A DNA stretch of 63,179 bases, filler included, from 4 parts of 4 records of this genome joined end to end with filler, not necessarily neighbours in it; one strand, 5' to 3'; positions 10,041-19,817 are shown, counted from the whole stretch's first letter. Notes: generated by a model from the letters alone, not told the origin. Made by a program: numbers and translations.

Positions 10041-10068
10041 TTTGACATAGGATTTATAGAAAGGTTTA
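10041..10068 (-). promoter_or_regulatory. Possible ECF-sigma promoter for the beta-barrel pair
   Basis: Minus strand TAAACC-N16-GTCAAA ending about 10 nt before the ATG. Confidence 0.4.
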
Positions 10069-10078
10069 TTTTGTTTTA

Positions 10079-10135
10079 TTATCGTTGTATTACGGTAATT
10101 AATTATTGTTTAACGATAAATAATTTCTACATTTG
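10079..10135 (+). promoter_or_regulatory. Tandem palindromic operator-like sites plus Bacteroidota -7 element upstream of the DUF2975 operon
   Basis: TTATTGTTTAACGATAA (10103-10119, near-palindrome), a related copy 21 bp upstream (10082-10098), and TACATTTG at 10128-10135. Confidence 0.6.
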
Positions 10136-10150
10136 ACAAAATTGAAAAAT

Positions 10151-10909
10151 ATGAATGTCTCGAAAGTGTCTTTGTGGCTAACCAATATTCTGATAGGAAT
10201 GGCTATTGCTTGGTTTGTTGGGTTGGCTGGCATCCAATTTATGGGAATTGGTTTAGGCTTCGATAAAAAGCAAAGTGAACATTTGTTTGGAGCGCGTTCA
10301 AAAACAGCTTTGCTTAAGTATTCTGTCCATCACTTCGACCTAGAATATTATTTTATTTATAGGGAGGGGGAAATCATCATTGATGAGTACTTGATAAGCC
10401 CGAAAAATATGAGGCTCAATTACAATTACTCCAAGGCTATAGTGGATGATTTTATCAGTGTTAGTTCAGGGGGAACGCATTATAAAATGCCTGCTAAAAC
10501 AGGGAAATTATATTTGCCGATAGATAAGTCAGATGTACTCCTTTATCGAAACCTGAGTCTTTTTGAGATGTTATTGCTCACAGTCATCAAGGTGTTAATA
10601 CTCCTTTGGATCCGGAGGCTCATATTGAATTTCTCTAAGGGTGAATTTTTTGTAGCAGCCAATCATCAATTGTTATATCGCATCGGTGGACTTTTGGCCA
10701 TTGTACCTATCATTCTCTTTGCCTTTGGAAGCTATTTCACCAATGGTTTTATTCCTTTGGCCATGACATTACCAGAGGGTTACTCCTTAAATGTGGGCGG
10801 AGTAGGATTTCAATGGAGCTACTTGTATATCAGTTTACTACTTATACTTATAGCGCAAGCCTTTAAACAAGGAATGGAACTCAAAACAGATAAAGACTTA
10901 ACGATATGA
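10151..10909 (+). CDS. DUF2975 family membrane protein
   Basis: C-terminal LLIAQAFKQGMELKTDKDLTI signature; ATG 10151 preferred because TTG 10133 lies within the -7 element. Confidence 0.85.
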   Translation: MNVSKVSLWLTNILIGMAIAWFVGLAGIQFMGIGLGFDKKQSEHLFGARSKTALLKYSVHHFDLEYYFIYREGEIIIDEYLISPKNMRLNYNYSKAIVDDFISVSSGGTHYKMPAKTGKLYLPIDKSDVLLYRNLSLFEMLLLTVIKVLILLWIRRLILNFSKGEFFVAANHQLLYRIGGLLAIVPIILFAFGSYFTNGFIPLAMTLPEGYSLNVGGVGFQWSYLYISLLLILIAQAFKQGMELKTDKDLTI

Positions 10910-11544
10910 AAATGAATAATACGCTGATTAAAATCTGCATTTTCTTTTTAACGATTGCTCGTTTTGCAACAATGATTGGAATGGCGATTGCTCTTTACTT
11001 TGGTGTTTTCGAGAATACTGATAGGTACTTTACGGTTCAAATGAGTCGTGAGAGCGTGGACATGGTAGAGAAGGGAAGAGCACTTACTGTGAAGACAGAG
11101 TATACAGATTACATTAAGGAAGCCAACCTGGAATCTAACACAAAGAACTATACTATTTCTTTCAATAAGGGTATTCGCATTTTGATCTTGATTGTGCTAA
11201 CCGTTGTAATGGGCTTTTCGGTTTATTTTATTCACCTCCTTCTTCAGTTTGTGAAATCGGCTTTGGATTCAGATTTCTTTAGCCATAAAAATGTTACTCG
11301 GGTGCGCCTGATGGGCATTGTCTTAATTGTATTGGGTACGTTACACCTATTTATGAATCTTTGGATTAGCTATATTGCGGGTCAGTATTTTGAATTGGAG
11401 ACCACAGGCTCTAAAACAGTGGAGGTGAGTTTTTCTCCAGATGTTTTCAGTAGTACAATTTTCGTTGGACTTATTGTATTGGTGGTGGCTCAAGCATTTG
11501 AGCATGGCTTGAAATTGAATGAAGATAAAGAATTGACAATCTAG
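10906..11544 (+). CDS. DUF2975 family membrane protein
   Basis: FFSHKNVTRVR and VAQAFEHGLKLNEDKELTI signatures; ATGA overlap with the previous gene. Confidence 0.85.
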   Translation: MKMNNTLIKICIFFLTIARFATMIGMAIALYFGVFENTDRYFTVQMSRESVDMVEKGRALTVKTEYTDYIKEANLESNTKNYTISFNKGIRILILIVLTVVMGFSVYFIHLLLQFVKSALDSDFFSHKNVTRVRLMGIVLIVLGTLHLFMNLWISYIAGQYFELETTGSKTVEVSFSPDVFSSTIFVGLIVLVVAQAFEHGLKLNEDKELTI

Positions 11545-11759
11545 TGGCCATTGTAGTAAACTTAGATGTGATGTTGGCCAAAAGAAAAATGCAGAGTAAA
11601 GAACTTGCCGAGCATATTGGAATCACTTTGGCCAATCTTTCTGTGTTAAAAACGGGAAAGGCGAGGGCTATTAGGTTCAGTACATTGGAAGCCATTTGCA
11701 AAGTGCTAGATTGCCAGCCTGCAGATATTTTAGAGTTTAAAAATGACGATGAATTATGA
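11544..11759 (+). CDS. XRE/Cro-CI HTH regulator (YozG-like)
   Basis: MAIVVNLDVMLAKRKM...LSVLKTGKARAIRFSTLEAICKVLDCQPADIL, the usual DUF2975 partner. Confidence 0.92.
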   Translation: MAIVVNLDVMLAKRKMQSKELAEHIGITLANLSVLKTGKARAIRFSTLEAICKVLDCQPADILEFKNDDEL

Positions 11760-12094
11760 CAAGTGAAGAAAGACCATGGGTACTGGGTTCGCATATTGGA
11801 ACCTTATTAGGATATTCTGTTGCCTTAGGCAGTTTTATAGTGCCATTGATTATTTGGCTCTCAAAAAAGGAGGAATCAGAAGTGATAGCTATGCATGCTA
11901 AGGCATCGCTTAATTTTCAACTGTCTATGCTGTTATACACGTTTATAGCTGGTATTGGGATTTTTCTCCTAATTGGAATCCCATTTTTGATTATCATCCC
12001 TATCGTCAATTTGATCTGTGTAATTCTGGCCACCATCGAAGCTGACAAAGGGAGGCTGTATAATTACCCTCTGTGTATTAACTTTGTGAAGTAA
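11756..12094 (+). CDS. DUF4870 family membrane protein
   Basis: PLIIWLSKKE...HAKASLNFQLS...YNYPLCINF pattern. Confidence 0.85.
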   Translation: MTSEERPWVLGSHIGTLLGYSVALGSFIVPLIIWLSKKEESEVIAMHAKASLNFQLSMLLYTFIAGIGIFLLIGIPFLIIIPIVNLICVILATIEADKGRLYNYPLCINFVK

Positions 12095-12301
12095 TTGAAG
12101 ATCATGTATTCATTTGATAGAACCACTTCTGAGAGTTTTAAAGCAGAAGATCGCAAAAATGATTTGATGTATTGGTCTAAGGTCGATGTAACTGAAAGAC
12201 TAAAAGCTGCGGCCTATCTTATTTCAGTGGCCTATGATTTTGATCCTCAAAACCCTCCATCAATGGATAAAACAGTGTTTTCAGCCAGAAAGAGAAACTA
12301 G
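12095..12301 (+). CDS. Small hypothetical protein, candidate antitoxin
   Basis: 65-68 aa (TTG 12095 or ATG 12104) with YWSKVDVTERLKAA helix; its stop overlaps the nucleotidyltransferase start; TAACTTTG -7 element at 12079-12086. Confidence 0.7.
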   Translation: MKIMYSFDRTTSESFKAEDRKNDLMYWSKVDVTERLKAAAYLISVAYDFDPQNPPSMDKTVFSARKRN

Positions 12302-12762
12302 TGGGGAAAATCTTTAATAAGGACTTTGTTGAATTTATACAACGTTTAAATGACAATGGGGTAGACTATATTTTGGTCGGAGGCTATTCTGTTATTCTAC
12401 ATGGATACCCTCGAACTACTGGAGATCTTGATATTTGGGTTGATTGTAATGTTGAAAACTATAAGAGGATAGAAAGAGCCTTTGGCGAATTTGGCTTGGC
12501 TTTGTTTGATATGACGCTGAAAAATTTTTTAAATACTGATGAGCTTGATGTTTTTAGGTTTGGCCGACCTCCAATGGCGATTGACATTATTACTTCATTA
12601 AAGGGGATTGGGTTCAAGAAGTCCCAAAAAAATGCTGTAGAACAGGAATTTGATGGAGTTAAAATTAAATATTTGAGCTTTACAGACTTAATAAGTGCTA
12701 AAAAGTCTGCGGGTAGAGCGAAAGATATAAATGATATTGAGAATTTAGAGAATAATATTTAG
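12301..12762 (+). CDS. Pol-beta superfamily nucleotidyltransferase (AbiEii/DUF1814-like)
   Basis: LVGGYSVILHGYPRTTGDLDIW (GG...DxD) and C-terminal KKSAGRAKDINDI. Confidence 0.8.
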   Translation: MGKIFNKDFVEFIQRLNDNGVDYILVGGYSVILHGYPRTTGDLDIWVDCNVENYKRIERAFGEFGLALFDMTLKNFLNTDELDVFRFGRPPMAIDIITSLKGIGFKKSQKNAVEQEFDGVKIKYLSFTDLISAKKSAGRAKDINDIENLENNI

Positions 12763-13734
12763 ATGAATATCCGTCCGAGAAGAAATAGAAAGTCAGAAGC
12801 CATTAGGCGAATGGTGGAAGAAACCAAAGTAACCACCGATGATTTTATTTTCCCTTTATTTTTGCTCGAAGGAGCTAATGATGAAATTGAAGTGAACTCC
12901 ATGCCGGGCATTTATCGCTTGGGTTTGGATAAAATGCTGAAAGAAATTGAAGCCTGTTTAAAGCTCGGAATAAATGCTTTCGATGTGTTTCCTGTAGTGC
13001 CAGAGCATTACAAGGATAAAACAGCTGCCAAGAGCTTCGACCCAAATTTCTTCTATCAAAAAGCTTTAAAACGAATCAAATCTGAATTTCCAGAAGCCGC
13101 AATTATGACGGATGTCGCTTTGGATCCTTACAATTCTGATGGCCACGATGGCTTAGTGAAGAATGGCGAAATCCTAAACGATGAAACCCTTGAAGTACTA
13201 GGTAAAATGGCTTTAGCCCAAGCCGAAACGGGTATTGATATCATCGGCCCTTCCGATATGATGGATGGCCGTGTAGCCTATATTCGTGAAGTGTTGGATG
13301 ATAATGGGTTCAAGAATGTTTCTATAATGTCGTACACTGCCAAATACGCCAGTGCTTTTTATGGCCCCTTTAGAGATGCACTAGATTCGGCTCCCAAAAA
13401 TGGAGATAAGAAAACTTATCAGATGAATCCTGCCAACCAAAGAGAAGCACTTATTGAAGCAGATTTAGATGTAGAAGAAGGTGCAGATTTTTTGATGGTA
13501 AAACCTGCCTTGGCTTATTTGGATGTTATTAAGCTATTGAAGGATAACTATGCTCAGCCGATTGCAGCCTATAATGTAAGTGGCGAGTATGCCATGCTAA
13601 AAGCTGCTGGATTGAAAGGCTGGTTAGATTATGATCGAGTAATGGCTGAAACACTTTTGAGCATCAAAAGGGCAGGAGCAGATGTGATTTTGACATACCA
13701 CGCTAAGGAATTCGCATTGTTAAATCAGCGTTAA
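12763..13734 (+). CDS. hemB: Porphobilinogen synthase (delta-aminolevulinate dehydratase)
   Basis: RPRRNR, DVALDPY..GHDG, PSDMMDGR, YASAFYGPFRDA, MVKPAL, YNVSGEY. Confidence 0.97.
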   Translation: MNIRPRRNRKSEAIRRMVEETKVTTDDFIFPLFLLEGANDEIEVNSMPGIYRLGLDKMLKEIEACLKLGINAFDVFPVVPEHYKDKTAAKSFDPNFFYQKALKRIKSEFPEAAIMTDVALDPYNSDGHDGLVKNGEILNDETLEVLGKMALAQAETGIDIIGPSDMMDGRVAYIREVLDDNGFKNVSIMSYTAKYASAFYGPFRDALDSAPKNGDKKTYQMNPANQREALIEADLDVEEGADFLMVKPALAYLDVIKLLKDNYAQPIAAYNVSGEYAMLKAAGLKGWLDYDRVMAETLLSIKRAGADVILTYHAKEFALLNQR

Positions 13735-13762
13735 TAAGCAGCGTCTAATATTTCTGCTTTTT

Positions 13763-14737
13763 TCAGTTTTCAAATTCTGATAACCCTTTCAGGAAATTCA
13801 CAAACGTGTAAATAAAATAAGCCCTTGGTGTTTCCATGAATGCCGCGTGATCACCACCCGGAATTACTGTCCATTGTTTGTGAGCTGTGCCTAGTCTAGT
13901 GAAAAGCTTTGCCTGAGTTGCTGTTGGGCCAATGGGGTCAAACTCACCTTGAAGGATTAATGTAGGCACTGTTACTTTGGCTGGATCGAGTTCGTTAAAT
14001 TGATCATACCTGTTCAAGTCAACCCGAACAGGATCGGCCTTAAGGGCTGCTTTTATATAGGCATCAATCGCCTTTTGACTAATTGATCCGGGAATTATAA
14101 AATCACTGGCAGCTGCTTCTGCTGTAGTGGGGCTCATTGCTGGCTTAACATCGCTTGGCTCGTCTGGGAATACCTGATCGCTATCTTTCCAATAACCAAA
14201 GAGTGTTAGTGAAGAAATGAGTTCAGGGTGGCGTTGGGCTGTAAGTTGAGACATGGTAGAACCCATAGACCAACCAAAAAGGTGAGGAGGGTTTTTCCAT
14301 TGCTTTTGTTCCGAAATCCACTCCAAAACAATTGCTAAGTCTTTTGCTGCCTTATCTGGGGTAAGCCAACCCGTGCTGTCTCGTGGAGTAGCGCCATAAC
14401 CTCGGCCGTCAATGGCGTACACAGTGTAGCCTTGCTCAACTAATCCATCCATTAGGGAAAGGTCTTCTCCTTCTACCTGAAGGTCAAAGTCGGGGAGAGC
14501 ACTCCAGGCTCTGCCGTGCACGAGTAAAATTGCTTCGGTGGCATTTGGGTTGGATTTGCTCCAAACGGCTACTGGGTGGGCATCCGCGAGTACGGTATTC
14601 TGTATTAGTTTGGCCCTAGTTGTTTCTAGGGTTGTGCTTTGAGCGTTTGGCGATTGACAGCCAAAATTGAGCAATAAAAAACCTACTGAAATCAATAAGT
14701 AGGTTTTAAAGATTTCAGTAGGTCTATTTTCTCTCAT
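13763..14737 (-). CDS. Alpha/beta hydrolase, probable lipoprotein
   Basis: GWSMG nucleophile elbow, GEFD and GGDH catalytic motifs; LNFGC lipobox-like. Confidence 0.85.
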   Translation of the reverse strand: MRENRPTEIFKTYLLISVGFLLLNFGCQSPNAQSTTLETTRAKLIQNTVLADAHPVAVWSKSNPNATEAILLVHGRAWSALPDFDLQVEGEDLSLMDGLVEQGYTVYAIDGRGYGATPRDSTGWLTPDKAAKDLAIVLEWISEQKQWKNPPHLFGWSMGSTMSQLTAQRHPELISSLTLFGYWKDSDQVFPDEPSDVKPAMSPTTAEAAASDFIIPGSISQKAIDAYIKAALKADPVRVDLNRYDQFNELDPAKVTVPTLILQGEFDPIGPTATQAKLFTRLGTAHKQWTVIPGGDHAAFMETPRAYFIYTFVNFLKGLSEFEN

Positions 14738-14746
14738 TATAGAGGG

Positions 14747-15844
14747 TTATGCCATTTGGCTACGGCCAAGGCTTTTAAGCATTTTGCCATGCGCAACAAT
14801 GGCGTCCATGAAGCTTTTTTCTGAATTGTAAGGAAGACCATATTCTTTGGTAGTTTCCATCACAATCTTCGATATTTTCTTATAGTGAACATGGCAAATG
14901 TTCGGGAACAAATGGTGCTCAATTTGGAAGTTCAACCCGCCAACATACCAAGAGAATAGTTTGCTTTTTGGTGCGAAATTCGTGGTGGTGAAAAGCTGAT
15001 GTACAGCCCAGTTAGTTTCTAAACTTCCAGTATCGTCCGGTATTGGATACTCCGCAGTTGGCATCACATGCGCTGGCTGGAAGATTAGACCTAAAGAAAG
15101 CCCAGTAATGAAATGCATTATAAAGAAACCTAACAAAACAACCCATGTAGGGGCAGGGATAAAGATTAAAGGAAGCACCAACGCATATCCATAATAAACG
15201 ATTTTAGAAATTATCGTTTCAATTAAAACACCAGTATAAGTTCTTTTTTGAGCTTTTAGAAGTCCTAGCTTCTTGTAGCGATAAAGTTGCTTAAAGTCCT
15301 TTGTGGTTAACCATAGGAAGGTCATAAGGCCATATAAGAACCAACCATAAATATGTTGAAGTTTGTGTACTTTCAGTAAAGGGGCATGCGGTGAAAGCCT
15401 CATCAGCTTACCCGGATCAATATCCTCGTCCATTCCTTCAATATTGGTGAAAGAATGATGAAGCACATTATGTTGAACTTTCCAATTAAAGGCACTTGCC
15501 CCAATCACGTTCATCACATAACCCATGTATTTATTTACATGCTTGTTTTTTGAATAGGCACCATGATTTGCATCGTGCATAACGGCCAGACCAATGCCTG
15601 ACATTCCAATACCCATAATGGCCCACATCAGTAGTAGAATCCACGTATTGGTGATCACTCCAGTAAGCATAAGTGCATAAGGAGCGAAGTAGAGCAAAAA
15701 CATTACTATTGTTTTTGTGACCATGGTTGAATTTCCGTAAACGGAAATCTTATTGGTCTCAAAGTGCTCTTTGACTCTTTTTCGGAGATCGCTGATGAAT
15801 TCAGCCTGATTGCTCCGTGAAAATTTTATTGCTTTATATTTCAT
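14747..15844 (-). CDS. Membrane fatty-acid (acyl-CoA) desaturase
   Basis: His boxes HDANH, HNVLHH and QIEHH. Confidence 0.93.
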   Translation of the reverse strand: MKYKAIKFSRSNQAEFISDLRKRVKEHFETNKISVYGNSTMVTKTIVMFLLYFAPYALMLTGVITNTWILLLMWAIMGIGMSGIGLAVMHDANHGAYSKNKHVNKYMGYVMNVIGASAFNWKVQHNVLHHSFTNIEGMDEDIDPGKLMRLSPHAPLLKVHKLQHIYGWFLYGLMTFLWLTTKDFKQLYRYKKLGLLKAQKRTYTGVLIETIISKIVYYGYALVLPLIFIPAPTWVVLLGFFIMHFITGLSLGLIFQPAHVMPTAEYPIPDDTGSLETNWAVHQLFTTTNFAPKSKLFSWYVGGLNFQIEHHLFPNICHVHYKKISKIVMETTKEYGLPYNSEKSFMDAIVAHGKMLKSLGRSQMA

Positions 15845-15962
15845 AAGATATTTTTAACAAGCTTTTTACTGTTGAATATAACCTGTTGTGTTTCGCAATG
15901 TTTACTCAGAACGGTTGACTCATCTAGAACGACTCTGACTAAATATTGGTTTCTTTTTGATG

Positions 15963-15994
15963 CAAAGATAACAGTCTGATTCAGTAATGGCAAA
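15963..15994 (-). promoter_or_regulatory. Bacteroidota housekeeping promoter of the desaturase
   Basis: Minus strand TTTG-N20-TATCTTTG, matching the -33/-7 consensus TTTG / TAnnTTTG. Confidence 0.65.
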
Positions 15995-16084
15995 ATTGAT
16001 TTTTGTGATTGGTTAAAGAACAGACGAATGTGGCGTTTATAGTAGGTTCTGATACCAATTTAAAATGTTGGAGCAATGACCGAT

Positions 16085-16451
16085 TCAGAGGATTTCATCT
16101 CTTTCTAACATCACAATGGAAGACTGAGGGACGATGAATAGTTTTTCGTTACCGTACCTATTTCAATGGCTTTTAAGGAAAGTAGCTAGGTCACCTTCTT
16201 CAACCTGTAAGGGGGGTATTTGATTTTCTACTCATTGCCTTTCCATGGCTCACTATCTTCGATGGGCACAGGGATAGGCTGGCCTGCCCCAACTTTGATT
16301 ATATACACATTTTGTACCTTTTCCTTTTCTTAAATTCCTAGAGGAAGGTCAATCCAGTTGCTGTTTTTTCGGCTTGTTTCTTGGGTCGTATCAAAACACG
16401 GTCTCCCACGATGATAAGGTTTCTGAGCTTATTGTCTGCTGTTAATTCCAT
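16085..16451 (-). pseudogene. groES: Decayed GroES-family co-chaperonin (long Bacteroidota paralog)
   Basis: MELTADNKLRNLIIVGDRVLIRPKKQAEKTATGL, frameshift, LPLGI*EKEKVQNVYIIKVGAG...EPWKGNE*KIKY, further frameshifts, then EKLFIVPQSSIVMLERDEIL*; not in the ORF track. Confidence 0.85.
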
Positions 16452-16619
16452 AGTCTAAGTTGTGAATCGTAAAGATAGACTGAAAGAGGTGATTTTGATT
16501 GTTTGGATCAAAAAGGCTAGAAACAAAAAGAGGGTGAACCCTATGGGTATCCTTATAATGGTTAAAAGGGAAGGCTGACTTCTTTATGAAATTTAGTGTT
16601 TAGTCAGAGAAAAATAGCT

Positions 16620-17171
16620 TTAAGCAATCTCTCTTATTTCACTAAATAATTCTTCTTTGTTAGGCATATTAAAGCCTTTGGTGAGAAGGTGTTGATATAA
16701 GGCCGTTTCCAATTTGTAATCTAATTCTAAAAAGTGGTCTAATAAACACCAAGGAGCAACCTTCAATTCAACATGATTTTTATGAAGCTTGGTTACTGTT
16801 ATTTTTGATTTAGGGGATTTTAAGATATTAGAATGTCCTTTTAAGAAATCATAAATACTCTGTTTTACCTCAGTCATACTTTCCGAATAAGAGACATTAA
16901 GCTTTAATTCTAATCTGATAATGTTTCTATCACTTAGATTATTTAATGTGCCTACTAAGAATTGAGCATTTCCAACTTTAATTATTTCACCATCGATCGT
17001 TTTTATTTCACTGCGAGTCCAATTACTCGATGTAACAGAACCTATTTCTCCATTCACCTCAATAAAATCCCCCTTTTTAAATGGTTTTAGTGTCTTTAAG
17101 AAGATGCCTCCAGAAAGATTAAATAAAGAAGATAAAAAGGATTCTTTCATTTTATGGGTTATGGTTCTCAT
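16620..17171 (-). CDS. MscS-family protein lacking the N-terminal TM helices
   Basis: NLSGGIFLKTLKPFKKGDFIEVNGEIGSV...TIDGEIIKVGN, MscS beta and C-terminal domains; only 183 aa. Confidence 0.75.
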   Translation of the reverse strand: MRTITHKMKESFLSSLFNLSGGIFLKTLKPFKKGDFIEVNGEIGSVTSSNWTRSEIKTIDGEIIKVGNAQFLVGTLNNLSDRNIIRLELKLNVSYSESMTEVKQSIYDFLKGHSNILKSPKSKITVTKLHKNHVELKVAPWCLLDHFLELDYKLETALYQHLLTKGFNMPNKEELFSEIREIA

Positions 17172-17342
17172 AAATAGATACTTTGATGAAAGTTGTTTTC
17201 AATTCTTATACCAACTACACATATGTGTATGTAAACCCTACTCATACTCCAAAAATAGTCAAATTATTTATTAATCTTTAATATATGGTGTCATTTTGGG
17301 AGGTGATTTTCGTTTTGGGAATTGAAAAGCTAGCTGAGAACC

Positions 17343-19724
17343 TTAATGTAATGCTATTTTGTCGATGATAATTACTCCTTTAGGGCTCTTATCAAAGACA
17401 AATCGAACTTTGAGTAATTCACTGAGATTGAATTCGGGTGATTTACTAGTAAGCATATTTTGAGATATGAAAAATGTGTTGTAAACGGCTTCTGAAGTTT
17501 TAGTGGATTGAAGGCTTGCGTTTTTTAAAACATCAACTGTGAGCTGTCTTTGCAAATAACTATACTCACTTAATGTTAGTTGCGCGATATGGCCCGCGGT
17601 ATCAGTGAGCATAATACTGAAGTCAATTGGTTCTGGAGCTTTTTTATCATCTTCATCTTCTTCCTCATTTTCTTCTTCGGATGAGTCCTCCTTGTTTTGG
17701 TTTGAGTTATTATTACTGTTGTTCAGCTCATTGTTTTCATTCTTGTCCGTGTTCTTCTTCTTCTTCTTCTTTTTGTCCCTGTCTTTGTCTGGATATGAGT
17801 TCTCTTTAGATTCTGCCAATTCAAATGTAAGCGCTGCTGCTTCGGCTAACGTAAATTTATCATCAACAGTAAATTCGACCCAGGCACTTTGGCCTTCATA
17901 GGCGAGACTATCCCAGCCTACATAAATAGCCTGAGTAGCTTTGTTTCCCCATTTCATGGCTACCAACTGCTCTCGCCAGACGGTTAAGTTCTCGGAAGTG
18001 ACTTTTCCTCCGCTTGAATTGGTGGTAAGGTCTAAGTCTTCTTCAAAATCAGCAATTACTTTCCAATCAGATGATTCATATTGATTGAGGTAAATGGTGG
18101 AAGGAAGCCAATTGTTAGCACTTCGGTGGTCCTTGAATAAGGCTTCATATTCTTTTTTGCCTTGTAGCGTGGCCTGTAAGAATGCACTTATATATACTTT
18201 ACCAATTTGAAGTTGATCTTCCATTGGTATCAATGCCTTTTTATTGAGCAATGAGCCATAAGGCTGCCCCGAGTCTGAATTACCCCATGTGGTATTGAAC
18301 TGACCATGATTTGCACCATATATATAGACAGCCGATTTGAAGTAGTAAAGCGAATCGGTGAATTTGACTCTTTCGTACTGTCTTAAACCTGCAAATGACT
18401 GTACATCTCCATCATTTGCACCATGTAATACCAAGTAGTTTACGTTCTCTAGTGGCGTTTGAATTTCTCCTGGCTTATACTGCCCGTCTACTGGAGCGAT
18501 GGCCACAACTGATTTTATGTTAAAATTGAAATCGAATTTTTGTTTGGCATCATCAGGGTAGAATTTTAATCTATTGAAGAAACCAGCGACTGCAGCCGCT
18601 TCTCCGCCACGGGAATGCCCCATAACGGCAATGTTTTCTAGGTCTACCTTATTCTGAAATACGTTGTCTGATTCATTGTTCCACTTTCTCCAATATTTAA
18701 GGTGTTCTAAAAGCAACCAACCTCGTGCATCATTTTCTTCATCTAAACCATCACCGAATATGTCTTTCCAAGAGCTGTTGATGAAATTTTCATCAACACT
18801 CACCATGATCATTCCTTGACTTGCCAAGAGTTTTCCTAGGTATTCATAGCCAGGGTCAGAAAAATCTTCCATGCCATGATTGCCATGTACAATTAAAGCC
18901 AAAGGAAAAGGGCCATCACCCTCAGGATACCAAACTCGGCCATTGATAGGGAGCGCTTCTTCATCGAAACCCCAAAAACGAGTTCGTAGTTTTCCAGCGA
19001 ATCCTTCCCAATTATCTAATAAACGAGATCCATCAACTGAATCAGTAACGATGGTAGCTTCTTCAGCAAATTCCTTTCGTTGCTGATCATTTCCACTACC
19101 ATAAGTGAGGTATCCAACTTTGTAGGTTCCTTCTTCTGCAGGGTTAGCGGCTTCAATCAGTTGAGCTTTGTAAGCTGAAGTTTGTGCTGCGTCAATGTGT
19201 TCTATCTCAGGTTTACTTCCCGTGTCGAATAACCATATAAGTCCCCAAACCAAACCAGCTAAACCAATAAGGACACCTAAAGTTGATACGATGATTTGGT
19301 AAATGGAAAGTTTATTTCTGTTCTTTTTGAATAATGAAAATAAGCCAGCACCAGCAATTCCAGAAAAACCGATGACGAGTAAAGGGAATTTTATAGCCAA
19401 GCTATCTCCAAAAATGATGCTGGTTAAAAAGAATGCACCTGGCAGTACCCAGAGAAAACTCTTGGGTAATTTTTTCAAAATAAGGAGTAAGAGGATTAAA
19501 CTGGCACTGCACAGAAGTGCAAGAATCAGCCCGATGATGATAAGCGTTAAGCCAATCGGAGTTCCCGGTTCTAGCACAAACATAAAGAGTGCACCCAAAA
19601 CCCAAATTATGACTGATGTTGTGGCGATGGCCTTATTTGCCCCTTTCCAAGCGACTTCACCAGGTGTTACTTTTGAAATGAACGATTTAACTGTTCGGAA
19701 AATACGTTTAAAAAAATTGCGCAT
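17343..19724 (-). CDS. Membrane-anchored alpha/beta hydrolase (chlorophyllase-like fold)
   Basis: About five N-terminal TM helices; LIVHGNH, GHSRGG, HGANDGD and GANHGQFN motifs. Confidence 0.85.
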   Translation of the reverse strand: MRNFFKRIFRTVKSFISKVTPGEVAWKGANKAIATTSVIIWVLGALFMFVLEPGTPIGLTLIIIGLILALLCSASLILLLLILKKLPKSFLWVLPGAFFLTSIIFGDSLAIKFPLLVIGFSGIAGAGLFSLFKKNRNKLSIYQIIVSTLGVLIGLAGLVWGLIWLFDTGSKPEIEHIDAAQTSAYKAQLIEAANPAEEGTYKVGYLTYGSGNDQQRKEFAEEATIVTDSVDGSRLLDNWEGFAGKLRTRFWGFDEEALPINGRVWYPEGDGPFPLALIVHGNHGMEDFSDPGYEYLGKLLASQGMIMVSVDENFINSSWKDIFGDGLDEENDARGWLLLEHLKYWRKWNNESDNVFQNKVDLENIAVMGHSRGGEAAAVAGFFNRLKFYPDDAKQKFDFNFNIKSVVAIAPVDGQYKPGEIQTPLENVNYLVLHGANDGDVQSFAGLRQYERVKFTDSLYYFKSAVYIYGANHGQFNTTWGNSDSGQPYGSLLNKKALIPMEDQLQIGKVYISAFLQATLQGKKEYEALFKDHRSANNWLPSTIYLNQYESSDWKVIADFEEDLDLTTNSSGGKVTSENLTVWREQLVAMKWGNKATQAIYVGWDSLAYEGQSAWVEFTVDDKFTLAEAAALTFELAESKENSYPDKDRDKKKKKKKNTDKNENNELNNSNNNSNQNKEDSSEEENEEEDEDDKKAPEPIDFSIMLTDTAGHIAQLTLSEYSYLQRQLTVDVLKNASLQSTKTSEAVYNTFFISQNMLTSKSPEFNLSELLKVRFVFDKSPKGVIIIDKIALH

Positions 19725-19817
19725 GTTGGAATATGGTTTCCAAAATCTACTTATAAATCATTGATTATCAAATCTGTAAATTATAAGGAGCACATATCTA
19801 GCGGTAGTGACTAATGA

